Notes under the pieces: model-generated | What the model saw: the letters and a program-made list of their open reading frames with translations, nothing else | What the model was told of the DNA's origin: nothing | Database searches by the model: none | Assembly (NCBI GenBank): GCA_951406725.2 | Contig: OX597817.1 | Span: 90,954,001-91,018,000, forward strand | Length of the DNA stretch: 64,000 bases | Reading direction: 5' to 3' | Origin: Octopus vulgaris | Lineage: Eukaryota | Program-made: the position numbers and the translations under genes | In this document: one piece after another, positions 40,785 to 54,694 of the stretch | Layout: every line of letters begins with the position of its first letter | How positions within the stretch are numbered: the stretch's first letter is position 1

Positions 40785-42150
40785 TATATATATAAAATTC
40801 ATTGTGTGTGTGTGTGTATGTGTGTGTGTGTGTGTGCATGTGTGTATGAGTGTGTGTGTTCCCTCTATGCATAGCTAAACTGTACCAAATTTGGCATGAA
40901 GATTTTCCATTACTTGGGAAAGGTCCTAGGGGAAGGGTGTCAAAATTTAGCCCTTGACCATATAGGGGGCTGTAGCCATCCCCAGATGACCATTCCAAGT
41001 TTTCTTTTTGCACTGGTCAAATAGTTTCACTTTTATTCTTTCACTTTTCATAAGACTATAATATTGTTTCACTTTTCTTCTTGCTGTGTGTGTGTGTGTG
41101 TATGTGTGTGTGCGTGTGCGTGTATGTGTGTGTGTGTGTGTGTTTGTGTCCTCTATGCACAGCCAAACTACTGAATCAATTTGTACCAAATTTGGCTGTC
41201 TGGAAATTACGCCAGTTTTATTTTTTTACTTTAGAGGTAAACAGTTCTGAAATGCCATTGAAATAGCTGAAATGCTATTTAATTGTGATAATGAAACAAG
41301 AGGTTTAAAAAAAAAGAAACAGTAAAGTTTCTTAATAATGAAAGGTCTTCATGTGCTTATACACTGTAGGATATCTTCCAATTTATACGATAAACTTTAT
41401 AAATTTTGAAGTTCAATATTCCCATGACATAAGTTAGAGATATTGACGTGAGTTATTCAAATAGCTGTTTGTGGAATGCACCTAATAAAATTAGCTTGAG
41501 TACACCCAATATTTCATATTTAAATCTGATGTAACTATTTCTACTTGGATATTGGTCCTACCTCAGATTTGAAATCGAATCTATAATTTTCCCCTAACCA
41601 TACAACCTATTGTTCTGTCAAGGAGTAACACAGATTTGTTCTCTGCTTCACTTTTAATTTTTTCTGTACCATGAAAAGTTCTATACCATTAATTTATCCA
41701 TTGTTGGAATGGTATACCTCTTTTTCTACCTGCTCCGTGTAAGCACAGTATCTATAAAATTCACTGCCTGTGTGTGTGTGTGTGTGTGTATGTTTTCTCT
41801 ATGCACGGCCAAACTACAGAATCAATCTGTACCAAATTTGGCATGAAGGTTTTTCATTACTCGGAGAAGGTTCTAGGTGGGGATAGGGAATCACTAAATT
41901 TTTTACTTTTTTTCAAAAATGGAAATATGTTTTACATATCACACATACTGTATGGAATAATACATACTGTCAGGAAAATAAAACTTCAGAGGTGAGTGTG
42001 TGGTGTTGTTTTGCATTTACAATAAAATAAATATATACAAATTGTAAAAATAATAAAAATAAGTATACAGTACAGTACTGTTTCTACTGCGCAGATTTTC
42101 ACTTATTGATGGGGTTTTGGAACATAGCACTCGTGATTGTCGAGGGATTA
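40785..42150. mobile_element. Three partial copies of a non-autonomous repeat (possibly Helitron/Helentron-like)
   Basis: CTCTATGCA..GCYAAACT..TGTACCAAATTTGGC after (TG)n at about 40860, 41150 and 41795. Class is inferred. Confidence 0.4.
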
Positions 42151-42222
42151 TTTTATATATACTACATATACATACATGTGTGTGTGTGTGTGTGTGTGTG
42201 CATATACACAAATGTATATATA

Positions 42223-43503
42223 CAGGGTATCCATAAAGTCTTTTTACAATTTCACAAATTAATTACAAAGGCAATTGATGAGGTATATTTATCAGATTTG
42301 TTCTATATACACACTGGTTACCAAACGTTTTAACAAGATTGCATTTATGTTTTTGGGGTATCCTGTTGATGGAATAGGTTCTGTTAAATGAAAATGAAAC
42401 CCTAAAAAAATGATTACTCCTCAAGAAAAGGCACAATGTGTACTGTGGTATATTGAAACAAAATTGAACATGCAGACCCAGCAAAACTATAGTTTTAAGT
42501 ATGAAAGACATCCACTGTTACATCTCTCATTTTGTGAATGGCACAAGGAATTTATGGAAATAGGAACAGTGTTGGATAAAGGGAGGAGTGGACGACCAAA
42601 ATTATCTGAGGAAACATCAATTGTGTAAGACAAGCCTTGCTATTTCTACAAAGTTCATATGTGCTGCTGCCAGCAGAGCACAAAGCCCTACACAAGAACT
42701 TGTGATTGTACACTTACAAAGCGCAACTCTTACAGGCACTTGAACCAAATGATGAACCAAGATGAAAAGAGTTTGCAGTTAAAATGCTGGAATTAATTTC
42801 TGAGGATGCAGCATTCCTCACCCGAATTTGTTTGAGTGATGAGGCAACCTTTCATGTTTCAGAGAAACTGAACACATATAATGTGAAGGTCTGGAGATCA
42901 GAACATCCTCATGTGACCCCATGTTACAAGGGAGCTTCATCAAGTCCAAAGATGAATGTCTAATGTAGAATGACGTGCAATCAAATAACTGGTCCCTTTT
43001 TCTTCACAGAAAGATCAATTTCTGCAAATGTTTACCTTGATCTTTTAACTGAATATGTGGCACCACAACTGGATGACTTTCAACCACCCATCATTTTCCA
43101 GAAAGAAGATGCACCACCAACATGGGGACTAAATGTTCGTGAGTTCCTAACTCTAACATTTCCAAACCGGTGGACAGATATCACTCCACTGGAGTTTTTT
43201 CTATGGGGTTATATTAAAGACATCATGTATTGGATGAAGATACAGATCAACAACCTGAAGCAAAGGATCACTGATGTCATTTCCATGATTGATAAGGCTA
43301 TGCTACAGCTAACATGGCAAGAAATTAATTACTTTCTTGATGTGTTTCGTGCAACTAATGGTGGTCATACAGAGATGCATTTAATGGGGCCTAAAAAGCT
43401 TCAATACCTAGTCCTCATTTTGTAATAATTTCCTCAAATTTATCAATTTATTTGCTTTTGTAATAAATTTCTGAAATTGTAAAGAGACTTTATGGACACC
43501 CTG
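42223..43503 (+). mobile_element. Full-length decayed Tc1/mariner element of the rosa/DD41D (DUF4817) type
   Basis: About 50-bp TIRs CAGGGTATCCATAAAGTC / GACTTTATGGACACCCTG with TA TSDs; TPQEKAQCVLWY, GRSGRP, SDEATFH, GPFFF, DITPLEFFLWG. Confidence 0.88.
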
Positions 43504-43524
43504 TATACATACATATATACATGT

Positions 43525-43567
<43 letters not shown>

Positions 43568-43718
43568 AAATGAGAAAATGGAGAAATATATCTAAATCAA
43601 TCATCAACCATCAGATAATACCCAATCAATACTTTATTAAACCATTACACAATAGCAATATTATACATTAATATAGTACAAATATAACAAGACATAGAAA
43701 TAGAAATAGAAATACATT

Positions 43719-43850
43719 TACATTGTAGCTGACAGCTGTTTCGGCCGTGAAGACAGGTATGTCCCATTTAACCTATTAGCCATATAAAGCAGGTATAAAT
43801 GAGACATTAACAGGAATGTCTCACGGCCTCTTCAGAGAATTTAATGCAAG
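43719..43850 (-). ncRNA. Type I hammerhead ribozyme motif with extended helix II
   Basis: CUGAAGA-GGCCGUGA-(70 nt)-UCACGGCC-GAAACAGCUGUC. Helix I is weak next to the core (2 bp, internal loop, then about 7 bp). Confidence 0.7.
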
Positions 43851-44237
43851 TATGAAAAAAATTTACATATAAATATAAATATGTGTGCATATACACTCAT
43901 ATTCTTACATATATATATATATATATACACAATAATACAATATAAACAATATAGATCAATATACATTAACAAACACAATAATGTTCCATATTGAACTCCA
44001 CAGTTCTATAACCAACATCAAGGAACCACAACATGTACACTCACATTTAAAGCAGGCATATATATTGAACAGTCCAATCTATTAAAATGTGTCATTACAC
44101 AAAAAGTCAATAAAATGAATATTAATATTAATAATAATAATAACAACCATGACTGTACCATCCAATGCAAGCGGACATCCATATATATAACGCATTGTGA
44201 CCAGCGATGTGTAGCAACATCTGATGGTCTGGTCGGT

Positions 44238-44288
<51 letters not shown>

Positions 44289-44299
44289 CATACATACAA

Positions 44300-46093
44300 T
44301 ATTGCAGTGGAGAAAACCCTACTCTCTGATCATGACATGGTTCTCTGTGATCTGAGATTTCACTGGCCAAATGCAAAACAAATGTCATCCCTCCTGTTCA
44401 TCCATTTGACACTATGGATTTCCACAATGCAAACTGGGAAGCAATCAATAATGATCTTGCACAAGTCGATTGGTCCTTCACGCACACATACACACCCACT
44501 AACATCAAAAAGTTCTGGCAGTCATTTGTAGACACCATTACGAACATATGTGCAAAACACACCCCATTAAGATCTGCAAACAAATCTAAGTGTTGAATCC
44601 CTAGAAATAGAAAATCTCTCATCAGGAAAATTAAAAGAATTAACAAAAAAATCAACAAGCTGAAATACTGTCAACAGCAACACACCAACCTGACTGCCAT
44701 CTCGTCGCTAGAGATTAAAAAACATAAACTCCAAAACAACATGATGTCTATCGTCAATAGTCAGCGAAGAGCTGAAGAGGCCTGGGCCATTGAGTAGATC
44801 AAACTCAATCCCAAAGTGTTCTTTTCATTTGCAAAAAAACACAGAGTCACTGGTTCTACTGTTGGCCCTCTGATTGGTGAAAATGGTTGATCATAAGATC
44901 CTTTTGAGAAAGCTGTCCAATATTCGTGTCACTGGAAAGCTGCTGCAGTGGATCAAGTGCTTCCTGTCTAACAGAACCCAACCTGTTGTAGTCGAAGGAG
45001 TCAAATCCAGCCCAGCCAAAGTCAGCAGTGGAGTCCTACAAGGCACTGTGTTGGGCCCACTTCTCTTCATCATCTATATAAATGATATTATTGACACTAT
45101 CAAACACAGTAACATCAGAACCTTCGCTGATGATTCCAAGCTCCAGAAGGTCATCAATGGCGTGGATGACCGAATAAGCCTTCAGTCAGACCTACTGGCT
45201 GTTGTCCAATGGGCGGAAAAGAACATGTTGCTAAACGAAGACAAATTCGAACTGATCCACTTTGGAAGGGAGGACGCTGTGAAACTCTCATACTCCCTTC
45301 CTTCTGGAGAAATTCTCATGGCGTCCAACAACATCAGAGACTTGGGAGTAACAGTGGACAACAACATAAGCTGGGCTACACATATAAGCAGCAAAGTTGA
45401 CATGGCCCACAGAATGTGTTCCTGGATTCTCAGAACCTTCCAGTCGAGAGATTCCCACACTATTATCCTTCTCTTCTCCACTTTTGCCTGACCCCACCTT
45501 GAATACTGCTGTCCACTGTGGTCTCCCTACACAAAACAAAATATTATGAGAATTGAAGCTCCCCAAAGGTCAATCACAAAAAAGATAGATGGCATGTCAG
45601 ACCTTGACTACTGGGGTAGACTAGAGAAGCTGAAACTGTATTCACTCCAACGACGCCGTGAATGCTACATTATCTGTATGATGTGGAAAATATTCCATCA
45701 GCACTGTCCGAATGATGTTGGCATCAACTTCAAAATACATCCAAGGCTTGGACCACGTGCCATCCGTCCACAACAAAAATCTAAATCGCATCACATAACG
45801 ACAATACGGCACAATTATTTCACCTCAATTGGACCCGCTCTCTTCAACATTACACCAGGACACGTCAAAACAGAAACTGACCACACAAAATTCAAGAAGT
45901 CTTTGGACAAATTCCTTCAAACAGTCCTGGACAAACCACCCACATCCAGATATGTCTCCGCAAACAATAACTCTCTGCTCGAATGGGCCTTGGTGCCCAA
46001 ATCCTGAATTGAAAGACTTCACCAGGTGGTGCTATTAAGTTAGACATGGCCTGGGCCAATACTGGCCAAAACCTTTCTAAGTTATTCTAAGTT
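44300..46093 (+). mobile_element. CR1-clade LINE fragment with internal deletion
   Basis: SDHDMV, VDHKILLRKL, SGVLQGTVLGPLLFIIYIND, FADDSKL, RDLGV, LEKLKLYSLQRRR; TTCTAAG tail repeats. Confidence 0.9.
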
Positions 46094-46152
46094 ACATACA
46101 TGCATACATATGTATATATATATATATATATATATATTACATACATGCATAC

Positions 46153-46188
<36 letters not shown>

Positions 46189-46224
46189 GATAGTGGTACA
46201 ACAATGCAACAGCATTTACTGGAA

Positions 46225-46543
46225 GGTGAAGGCATGTGGCTTAGTGGTTAGGGCATTTGGCTCATGATTGTAAGGTCATGAGTTCGATTCCTGGCAACAT
46301 GTTTGTGTCCTTGAGCAAGGCACTTTATTTCACGTTGCTCTAGTCTACTCAGCTGGCAAAAATGAGTTGTACCTGTATTTCAAAAGGCCGGCCTTATCAC
46401 ACTCTTTGTCACGCTGTATCTCCCTGAGAACTACGTTAGGGGTACACATGTCTGTGGAGTGCTCAGCCACTTGCATGTTAATTTCACAAGCAAGCTGTTC
46501 TGTTGATCATATCAGCTGGGACCCTCGTCGTCATGCTCCTTAA
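46225..46543 (+). mobile_element. tRNA-derived SINE (third family) with 11-bp TSD
   Basis: TGGCTTAGTGGTTAG (A box) and GAGTTCGATTCC (B box). ATTTACTGGAA at 46214-46224 and 46544-46554. Minus copy at about 61105-61410. Confidence 0.85.
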
Positions 46544-46594
46544 ATTTACTGGAAATATCAGTTGATAATATACGACACTATAGTATATATGTAA

Positions 46595-46756
46595 GTGCAG
46601 GAGTGGCAGTGTGGTAAGGAGATTGCTTCCAAATCATATGGTTCCTAGTTCAGTCCCACTGCATGGCACCTTGGGCAAGTGTCTTCTAAAAGAGCCTCGG
46701 GCTGACCAAAGCCTTGTGAATGGATTTGGTAGATGGTAACTGAAAGAAGCCTGTTG

Positions 46757-46787
<31 letters not shown>

Positions 46788-46980
46788 CTCCATTTGTGTG
46801 TCCATTTGTCCTCACCCACCATCACCTGACACCCGATGTTGCTGTGTTTACATCCCCATAACTTAGTGGTTTGGCAAAAAGAAAGGATAGAATCAGTACC
46901 AGGCTTACAAAGAATAAGTCCTGGTATCGATTTGTTTGACTATAGGAGTCAAATGACTGAAACAAGTAAAATAAAAGAAT
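46595..46980 (+). mobile_element. SINE copy (family of 29150)
   Basis: Same head, core and tail as 29150-29553. Confidence 0.8.
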
Positions 46981-47077
46981 AAATATTTATGTACACATAC
47001 ACACACATACACATGCACACACACACGTACACTCTCGTATATCTACATACACACACACACACAACAACAACAACAAC

Positions 47078-47368
47078 CACAAGTCCTCATTCAACATCCT
47101 GGAGAGCTATAATGCTACAACCCTGGTCGAGCACATTTGGTCTTTGAAAGAAAGCATCACCGAGTACAGCAGTAAGTGGAACATCCTAGAGAAATGTAAA
47201 CTATATTTCAATAACAGCAGGAAGTGCAAGTTATGCCTAACTGAGAAAAGATTGATTTTAAAAAGCATCCAGCACCCAGGCATTTACCTGAATAGCAGAA
47301 ATGAAATTTTTTATCACTACCAACATGAAAGGAAATACATCCTATCTTACCTGCATGTAGCATCATGA
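47078..47368 (+). mobile_element. Penelope-like element C-terminal GIY-YIG fragment (Naiad-like)
   Basis: HKSSF..TTLVEHIWSLK..KWNILEK..KCKLCLTEK..LNSRNEI..H. Confidence 0.75.
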
Positions 47369-48087
47369 CTATAACCACCAGTCCCCCAACTTTGGGCTGC
47401 CATCAATACCCTCGAGTCCCACAAAGAGTTTGACCACAGCATATACTAATGTACCCACAAACAAACACGCACACCCCAACACGGTGGACATCTATCTAAT
47501 AAACTGTTTTCCACCACCCTCAATATAAACTCCCATGCAGGTTGCACCCCTTTACACACTAATGAACACAGATGTGTATGCCCCCACCTCACCCCCGCTG
47601 CAAAGGTTATACATATAGTACCACTATGCAAATTCCATTTCCACAAGAATGTCAACCTTAAGGACACACACATTTCCCACAAACACTTCCAGAAAACTCT
47701 TACTGACTTGCAACATAGTCACCCCAATGACGATGCTGTGGTACCAAAAGACATAACTCTTAACTGAATCCCCTACTCACTTCGTTCCCATCATTTTTTC
47801 ACAGCAACTGCAAACTAGATGTGCCTATTCACCTCTGACAATAGAGAGTAGTCACCCTATTTAATTCAATATCGGCTACCTTTGATGGATGTAGGGTTAC
47901 ATAAACAAAGTGTTACCTGACACTCCATTGAATCCCTAGCACAAAATTGATTGGTAAGATAGGCTGTAATAGATATATAATACTGTACACTTCAGATAAT
48001 ATACCTACTCTATTGACAAACATATGAATGCATTGTTTCCCTGACTTATGACTTACATACATAGCTATCTATCTATCTATCTATCTA

Positions 48088-48124
<37 letters not shown>

Positions 48125-48129
<5 letters not shown>

Positions 48130-49499
48130 TGCCGCACTTGCCCTTACCTCTCCAACACCACCCGCCTCACTAGCACCCACCATCGACCCTATCCCATCAT
48201 CCACTCCTTCACCTGCACCTCCAGCAATATTATCTATTGCATCTCTTGCTCTCTCTGCAATTCCTTGTACATCGGACAAACGGGACGCCGCTTGGCTGAC
48301 CGGTTCGCGGAACACCTTCGTGACATCCACCTTGCGAATGACACACCGGTCTCACGCCATTTCCGCTCCACCGGTCACTCCTTGCAACACCTATCTGTGT
48401 TCAGTTTGTCCTTACACAGAGGCCATCCGGATTCCCGTTTGCGCCGTGAACAGGAATTAATCTTCTCTCTTTGCTCTTATACGCCATTTGGTCTCAACTC
48501 TCCCCCCTCCTCATCTAACCCCCTCTCCCCCTCCTCACCTATCCTTTCCCCCCCGACCCTACTTCTTCAGTCCTTCATCCTTTCACCCCTACTCCCCTTC
48601 CCTTCTTCCCTCTTTCTCCCTCCCTCCTTCCCTCTTCCCCTTCCCTCTGCTCCCTCACTCCCTCTCTCCCCTTCTCTCTCCCCCTCTCCCTCTTTCCTCC
48701 TTCCTCCCCTTCCTTCTCCCCCTCCTCTCTCCCCCTCCTCCCCCTCCTCTCTCCCCCTCTCTCCCCCCTCTTCCCCCTCCCCCTCTTCTCCTCACTACAC
48801 CACACGACTTTACACATCACATCATATATGATGTGCCATACTAATACATACACCAACTAATACATACTAATACGTACTAATACATACTAATACATACTAA
48901 TACATACACCAACCCTATACATACACACGTCCAGACCCCTCATACGCACTTATACTCTCTCATACACACATACACACACTTATACATACTAATACGTACT
49001 AATACATACTAATACATATTAATACATACACCAACCCCATACATACGCACGTCCAGACCAATCCTACGCACTAATACTCTCTCATACACACACACACACA
49101 CACACACACACCCTTATACATACTAATACATACACCAACCCTATACATACACACGTCCAGACCCCTCCTACGCACTATTAGCTGGTCCTTCAACCCTATT
49201 ATCAACCCTATTATCAACCCTATTATCTCCCCTTATTTCGCTCTCGCGTCTCATGTTTGATCTTTGACCTCTGGCCGAAATCAGATCGCCATGTTGATTC
49301 GTTAGCTACTGCACGCATTTTTTTCTCTCCTTCTTTCTGTGTTTTTTTCTCTCTGTGTATCTTTCTGTTGAAGAGCGTAGGCTCGAAACGTTAAAGACTT
49401 GTTTTATTTATTTATATTTCCTGAGCGCCATACTAATACAATTGTTCGTTTGTTTTCCACCTGCCTTCGTCTTTTGTCTATTTTCATAAAGCTTCCCGT

Positions 49500-49500
<1 letters not shown>
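48125..49500 (+). mobile_element. Penelope-like element 3' part (Cys linker, GIY-YIG endonuclease, 3' repeat with HHR)
   Basis: Frame open from 48127: RCRTCPY..FTCTSSNIIYCISCSLCNSLYIGQTGRRLADRFAEH..PVSRHF..REQELI..PFGLN. HHR-like motif at 49361-49396. Confidence 0.88.
49361..49396 (+). ncRNA. Minimal hammerhead motif, core mutated (CUGUUGA)
   Basis: CUUU-CUGUUGA-A-GAGC-GUAG-GCUC-GAAACGUU-AAAG at the end of a PLE. Confidence 0.55.
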
Positions 49501-49533
<33 letters not shown>

Positions 49534-49682
49534 TGTATATTAAACATAAATTAAAAACTGAACACAAATGATATTGTGTTGTGTGTTTAATTTGTTTGAT
49601 ACATTCTCTCACCTCTGCCACTATCTGGCATATACAGGTGCTTACACTTATCAAGTATTCACTCTAAACTTACAGTACCTAC

Positions 49683-49771
<89 letters not shown>

Positions 49772-50239
49772 CTATATATATACACACACACATATATATA
49801 TATATGTATATATATACACACACACACACACATATATATACATATATACATATATCTATATATACACACACACTTTCATGTACGTACACACATACACACT
49901 CATGTATGTATACACACACACACACATAAAAGTTCAGGATTTGAGTGAATCAGATACCTAAATAGTAAAGCACCAAGTTCAGCTCAAGTTCAGCTCAAAG
50001 AAATAACAATCATGTACATAACAAAATTAGAGGAACATATACATAAATCCCCAAGTACAGACGGATTGATATTCTAGTTGTATATATGATCACAAGTGCC
50101 TAACTGAATGAATATATCACATGCCTCGAGGCTGTACGCAGGAACACACACTGCCCCAATTGTACAGCATTTAACAGACTCTCGATCAATGCCAATTGCA
50201 GGTGAATAATAAACGAATAACAACAGATGGATATTGGTT

Positions 50240-50326
50240 TATTCACTACAGCTGTTTCAAATGAGTTTTTTTATTGATGAATAGAGTTATCACAGCATGT
50301 GAAAAACCATTTTCATCAGGTTAATA
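50240..50326 (-). ncRNA. Type I hammerhead motif, intact core, GUA site
   Basis: UAUUAAC-CUGAUGA-AAAUG-(44 nt)-CAUUU-GAAACAGCUGUA-GUGAAUA. A decayed inverted copy lies at about 50344-50412. Confidence 0.6.
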
Positions 50327-50473
50327 CACATGAATTAAACATATATTCACCTAATGAAACTGTTTTTTTTTTTAAATGTGATAAATTTATTCATCAATAA
50401 AAAACTTGTTTGTTATGAATCTGTTACTATTTGTTTACACACATGCACATGCAGATATGTGCATGTATGTGTA

Positions 50474-50528
<55 letters not shown>

Positions 50529-50744
50529 ATATATATATATACATATATGTATGTATGTATGTATGTATGTATATATATATATATACATATATGTATGTAT
50601 GTATGATATATACATACATATACATACATATATACACATACATATACATATATATATGTGCAAACAGACACTCACACACATGTACATGCAATGGAAATGA
50701 TGTTGGTGGCAGAATTATAGAATCCCAACTCATATACTATAAAC

Positions 50745-53458
50745 ATAGGGCTTACCATAATTTTCAGAAGTGAGACCAAAACCCTGGGAGATGAAACTGG
50801 CAGTAATGGGAATATCAGCCAAAGTCAGTAGAGCTGCAGTGAGTTGGTTATTTAGAGGAGAGCACGATTCTCCTCTCCCTACCAGCCATAGGATCAGGGG
50901 ACGTTTTACTACAAATATATTAACATAATTTTGGATTTTCTTTTAGAAAGATGGAGAACAGAAACAGAAGATGTACAAAGCAGCTATTCTTTACATGACA
51001 GCGCATATATGTAAAATATTGTCAAGTAGAACACTAGCATTTAAAAGTATATTAAACTAAACACATGTTTTCATTGTCAAGTAGTATTTTATTCAATAAA
51101 CTACTTTTTTAAGAAATGCATTGTCATTTTTAATTTTGTCGAAAATGTCTGAGCACCTCAGACAGGAAATATCACCAGAAAATGTCTGTAGCCTCTGCCT
51201 CTGATCTGAGCACACATTATTTATAACAGCAAATACTCATTAAATTGATGCAGGGTTACCAGGAAGAGAAAGAATATATTCTACTATGGCACTAAGACTT
51301 TTTACTATGTGATTTTCTTTGCAATGAAAAATATTTGTCAATTTTCTTCATACTAGATGTTCTGTGTTGTTCAAATCTGTGCCTTAGAAACCCATCCAGA
51401 AGTTCTCTTTCCATAGGTCTAAGTCTGAGAGACATCTTTCATAAAAACTTTTAAATTCCTTCTTCACTTTTCCAATGTTATCATCATAGGTCTTTTTCAT
51501 TTTGAGACTCAAATTGACAGTCTTTCCTTTTTCTTCTATAATAGTAACAATATTTTGCATTTCTAGTTTGATATCTGCTGTAATGGAATTGTCCTTCTCC
51601 ATGGACAGAATCGATTTGTTGAAAAGGCTAAGCTGTCTATGTACAATCCATAAATACATTTCTTCAAAGTCATTTTCAAAGAATTGTTTTATCAGTCCTG
51701 GACAGTGTTCTTGTGAACAAAAGTAAGGATTTAAACCAGCAAAAATATCGAGAATTCTTTCAAGTGTTTGTAGCATTCACAGAAATTTGGTATTGCCATC
51801 CTGTAATAGCATTTTGCATTCCATTCTGGCAAAGTTATAAAATTCTTTTAGCTGTGTTACATAAATTGTGCATACTTTTTATATTTTACTTGTTTCAGTC
51901 ATTGAACAGTGCCCATGCTGGGGCACCACCTTGAAGAGTTTAGTCAAACAAATCAACTTTAGTACTTTTTAAAAAAAAGTCTGGTACTTATTCCATCACT
52001 CTCTTTGGTGGAACTGATAAGTTATGGGGACATAAATGAACCAGCACAAGTTGTCAAGCAGTGGTGGAGACAAACACACACACACATATTCATATATATA
52101 TGACAGGCTTCTTTCAGTTACCATCTACCAAATCCACTGACAAGCCTTTGAGTAGCTTTGAGGGCTATAGTAAATGACACTCACACAAGGTGTTACACAA
52201 TGTGACTGAATGTAAGACTGCATGGTTGGGAAGCAAGCTGCTTACCACATAGCCACACCTGAGCCTATGAGAAAATATTTGAAAATTATCACAAATTTGA
52301 TATCAATTGGTAACAGATCAACTGCTGTTCAGGACAATTGTGCATAATGTGAACAGCGCAGCCAATGTCAACAAGGCCCTTTTCAAGTTCAGCAGTTAAT
52401 CATCTAAATGTGTTTTTCTTGCCTTTTCAATGTACACCAGAATTTGTGTTGCAGTATCTCCACAAAATCTGATGACTTTTTCCACCAACCCACAATTGTC
52501 AATAATTGAGACAAAGAGATTAGTCAAGATCTCAGCTGTCTCAACAGGAACAATGCGCATATTAAAAAATTTAACTTGTACCCCTTGACCAGGAATGCAA
52601 TATTGAATAATGAAAAGTATCATTTGAACATCTTTTTTATTCAAACCATCAACAGAAATTGTCGCAAAATTTGCCTCTGCTAGGTCTTTAGCAAGCTATT
52701 AGTGCAATTGCATTTAAAATAATGGCTTCACATTTCATCCACACTATGTGGCTCAAGAAAATTTGGGACAAATTTTAATGAAGCATTAGATGTCTTGGGA
52801 CTCAGTTTTTGTTGAAGTGGCATGTAAATCAAAAATTGGTCTCTTTAGTGACAACAAGAAGTTTCAATTTAATTATTTCTGACTTTAAAAAAAATTATCT
52901 AATCATGACAAACTAGCAACAAGCTTGTTTGGTGCCTTTGAGGATCACATTTTATTCTGTTAGTACAAAGTTGTTTAGAAAAGGGTAATCCTTCTTGAAT
53001 TCTTTTACAAATATACACATGCTTTTTGGCATTGTAAAAATATATAAAAAGACTTATGAAGTGAAATATGTACAAAATAGCAGAATAAATTGTAATGTGA
53101 AACATGTATCACAAGTAGTTTATTCTGGGATGTGCTAACTCCAGGAGAAATTTACACAGTCAAAAGCATAGCAAGAAAACAGTGATGAAATATGCAGATC
53201 AAATTGCTTATTCATGGAACAGCAAAAAAAATCTGTTGTTACCTAATTCAAAAGTCCATGTATGTGTGCAAGGCAAAAAAAAAAAAAATAGAGAGAAGGT
53301 GTATATTTCCATAAATGTGTGTGTGAGCGAGAAAGTGGAATTTCTGAGCTGTCAAAAATTATGGCTGTCAAAAATCCATCAGTTTGGCTTGGTTATGATA
53401 GTAAAAATAAATACAGAGTAAGGGAGATGTCTGGGTCAGCTGTCAATGGTGACTTGTA
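50745..53458 (-). mobile_element. Decayed hAT (Blackjack-like) transposon interrupted by a SINE (51885-52268)
   Basis: End TAGGGCTTACCAT and degenerate ATGGTGACTTGTA; peptides LERILDIFAGLNPYFCSQEHCP, ETAEIL..FCGDTA, FSLPGNPA. Confidence 0.65.
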
Positions 53459-53587
53459 TAGTAATTTTAGTGAATTGTCTGTGGAATGAGTTGAACATCT
53501 AACTTTGAAATCTGGGTGAACGTATGTTCATGGAAGATCAGAAATGAATGACATTGCTTGTATGATAGCGGTGCTCATTTACAACCA

Positions 53588-53623
<36 letters not shown>

Positions 53624-53727
53624 CACATTTTGAAACTTATTATTTGTTACTTGTGTTTTTGGTTTATGTCTATCACTGCTTTAGTTGCATAATAGTGGTT
53701 TTATCTCTAATTTATATTTTATATGTG

Positions 53728-53776
<49 letters not shown>

Positions 53777-54638
53777 ATATATATGTGTGTGTGTATATAT
53801 GTATGTATGTATATATATACATACATGCATATGTATGCATGTATGTATGTACGTATATATTTATATATATATATAAATATATGTCTTACATATAATAAAA
53901 CAACAGTGTGAGTGAGTGACAATCAGATACGCTAGATGCAGGCAAACTGTAGTAAAAAGTTTTGCTCTGAAGTTGCTGGTATTTCAACCAAAATTAACCT
54001 GCAAATTTATGCATATGCTTGTGTTTGTATCTACTAGTCTTGACATCATGTGACAGTTGTAATTACCATCATACAAGAAACATCATTCATTTCCAATGTT
54101 CCATAAAAACATGTCCAACTATGAAAAAATATTCCTTTGCTTGGAAAAAAGCAAGGGTTAGTAACAGGAAGGGCAACTTTCTGTCAAAAGTCTGTCTCTA
54201 ACAAATTCTGTCTAACCCATGCAAGCATGGAAAATATGTATACATACATCATCATCATCATCATCACAACATTCTCTTTTTTATACTTCCATGGGTTTGA
54301 CAGAGTTTGTCACCAACTCTCACCTGTTTCCAAGCAAGGTACTATTTCTCCATAACCAGATGTGTTCTTGCAGACAATGGGAAATGAATGATACTGTTTG
54401 TATGATAGTGACACTTATTTACAACTATCAAATGACATCAAGAAAATGAGACAAAAACATACACACATTCACACACATGATAGGCTTTTTCAGTTTCTGT
54501 CTACAGAAATCTACTCACAAGGCTTTGGTTGGTCCAAGTCTATAGCAGAAGACACTTGTCCCAGATGCTATGCAGTGTGCCTGAACCTAGAACTATGTGT
54601 TTGGGATGTTAACTTCTTATCACATCTGTATATGTACA

Positions 54639-54677
<39 letters not shown>

Positions 54678-54694
54678 AGAGAGAGAGAGATATG

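Noticed and set aside
46225-46300. tRNA-like sequences here and at other SINE heads
   Set aside because: They have A and B boxes but continue into SINE bodies, with no complete cloverleaf.
48500-48856. Pro/Ser-rich extension of the GIY-YIG ORF and the antisense G/E/R ORF
   Set aside because: Read-through into a CT-rich low-complexity tract.
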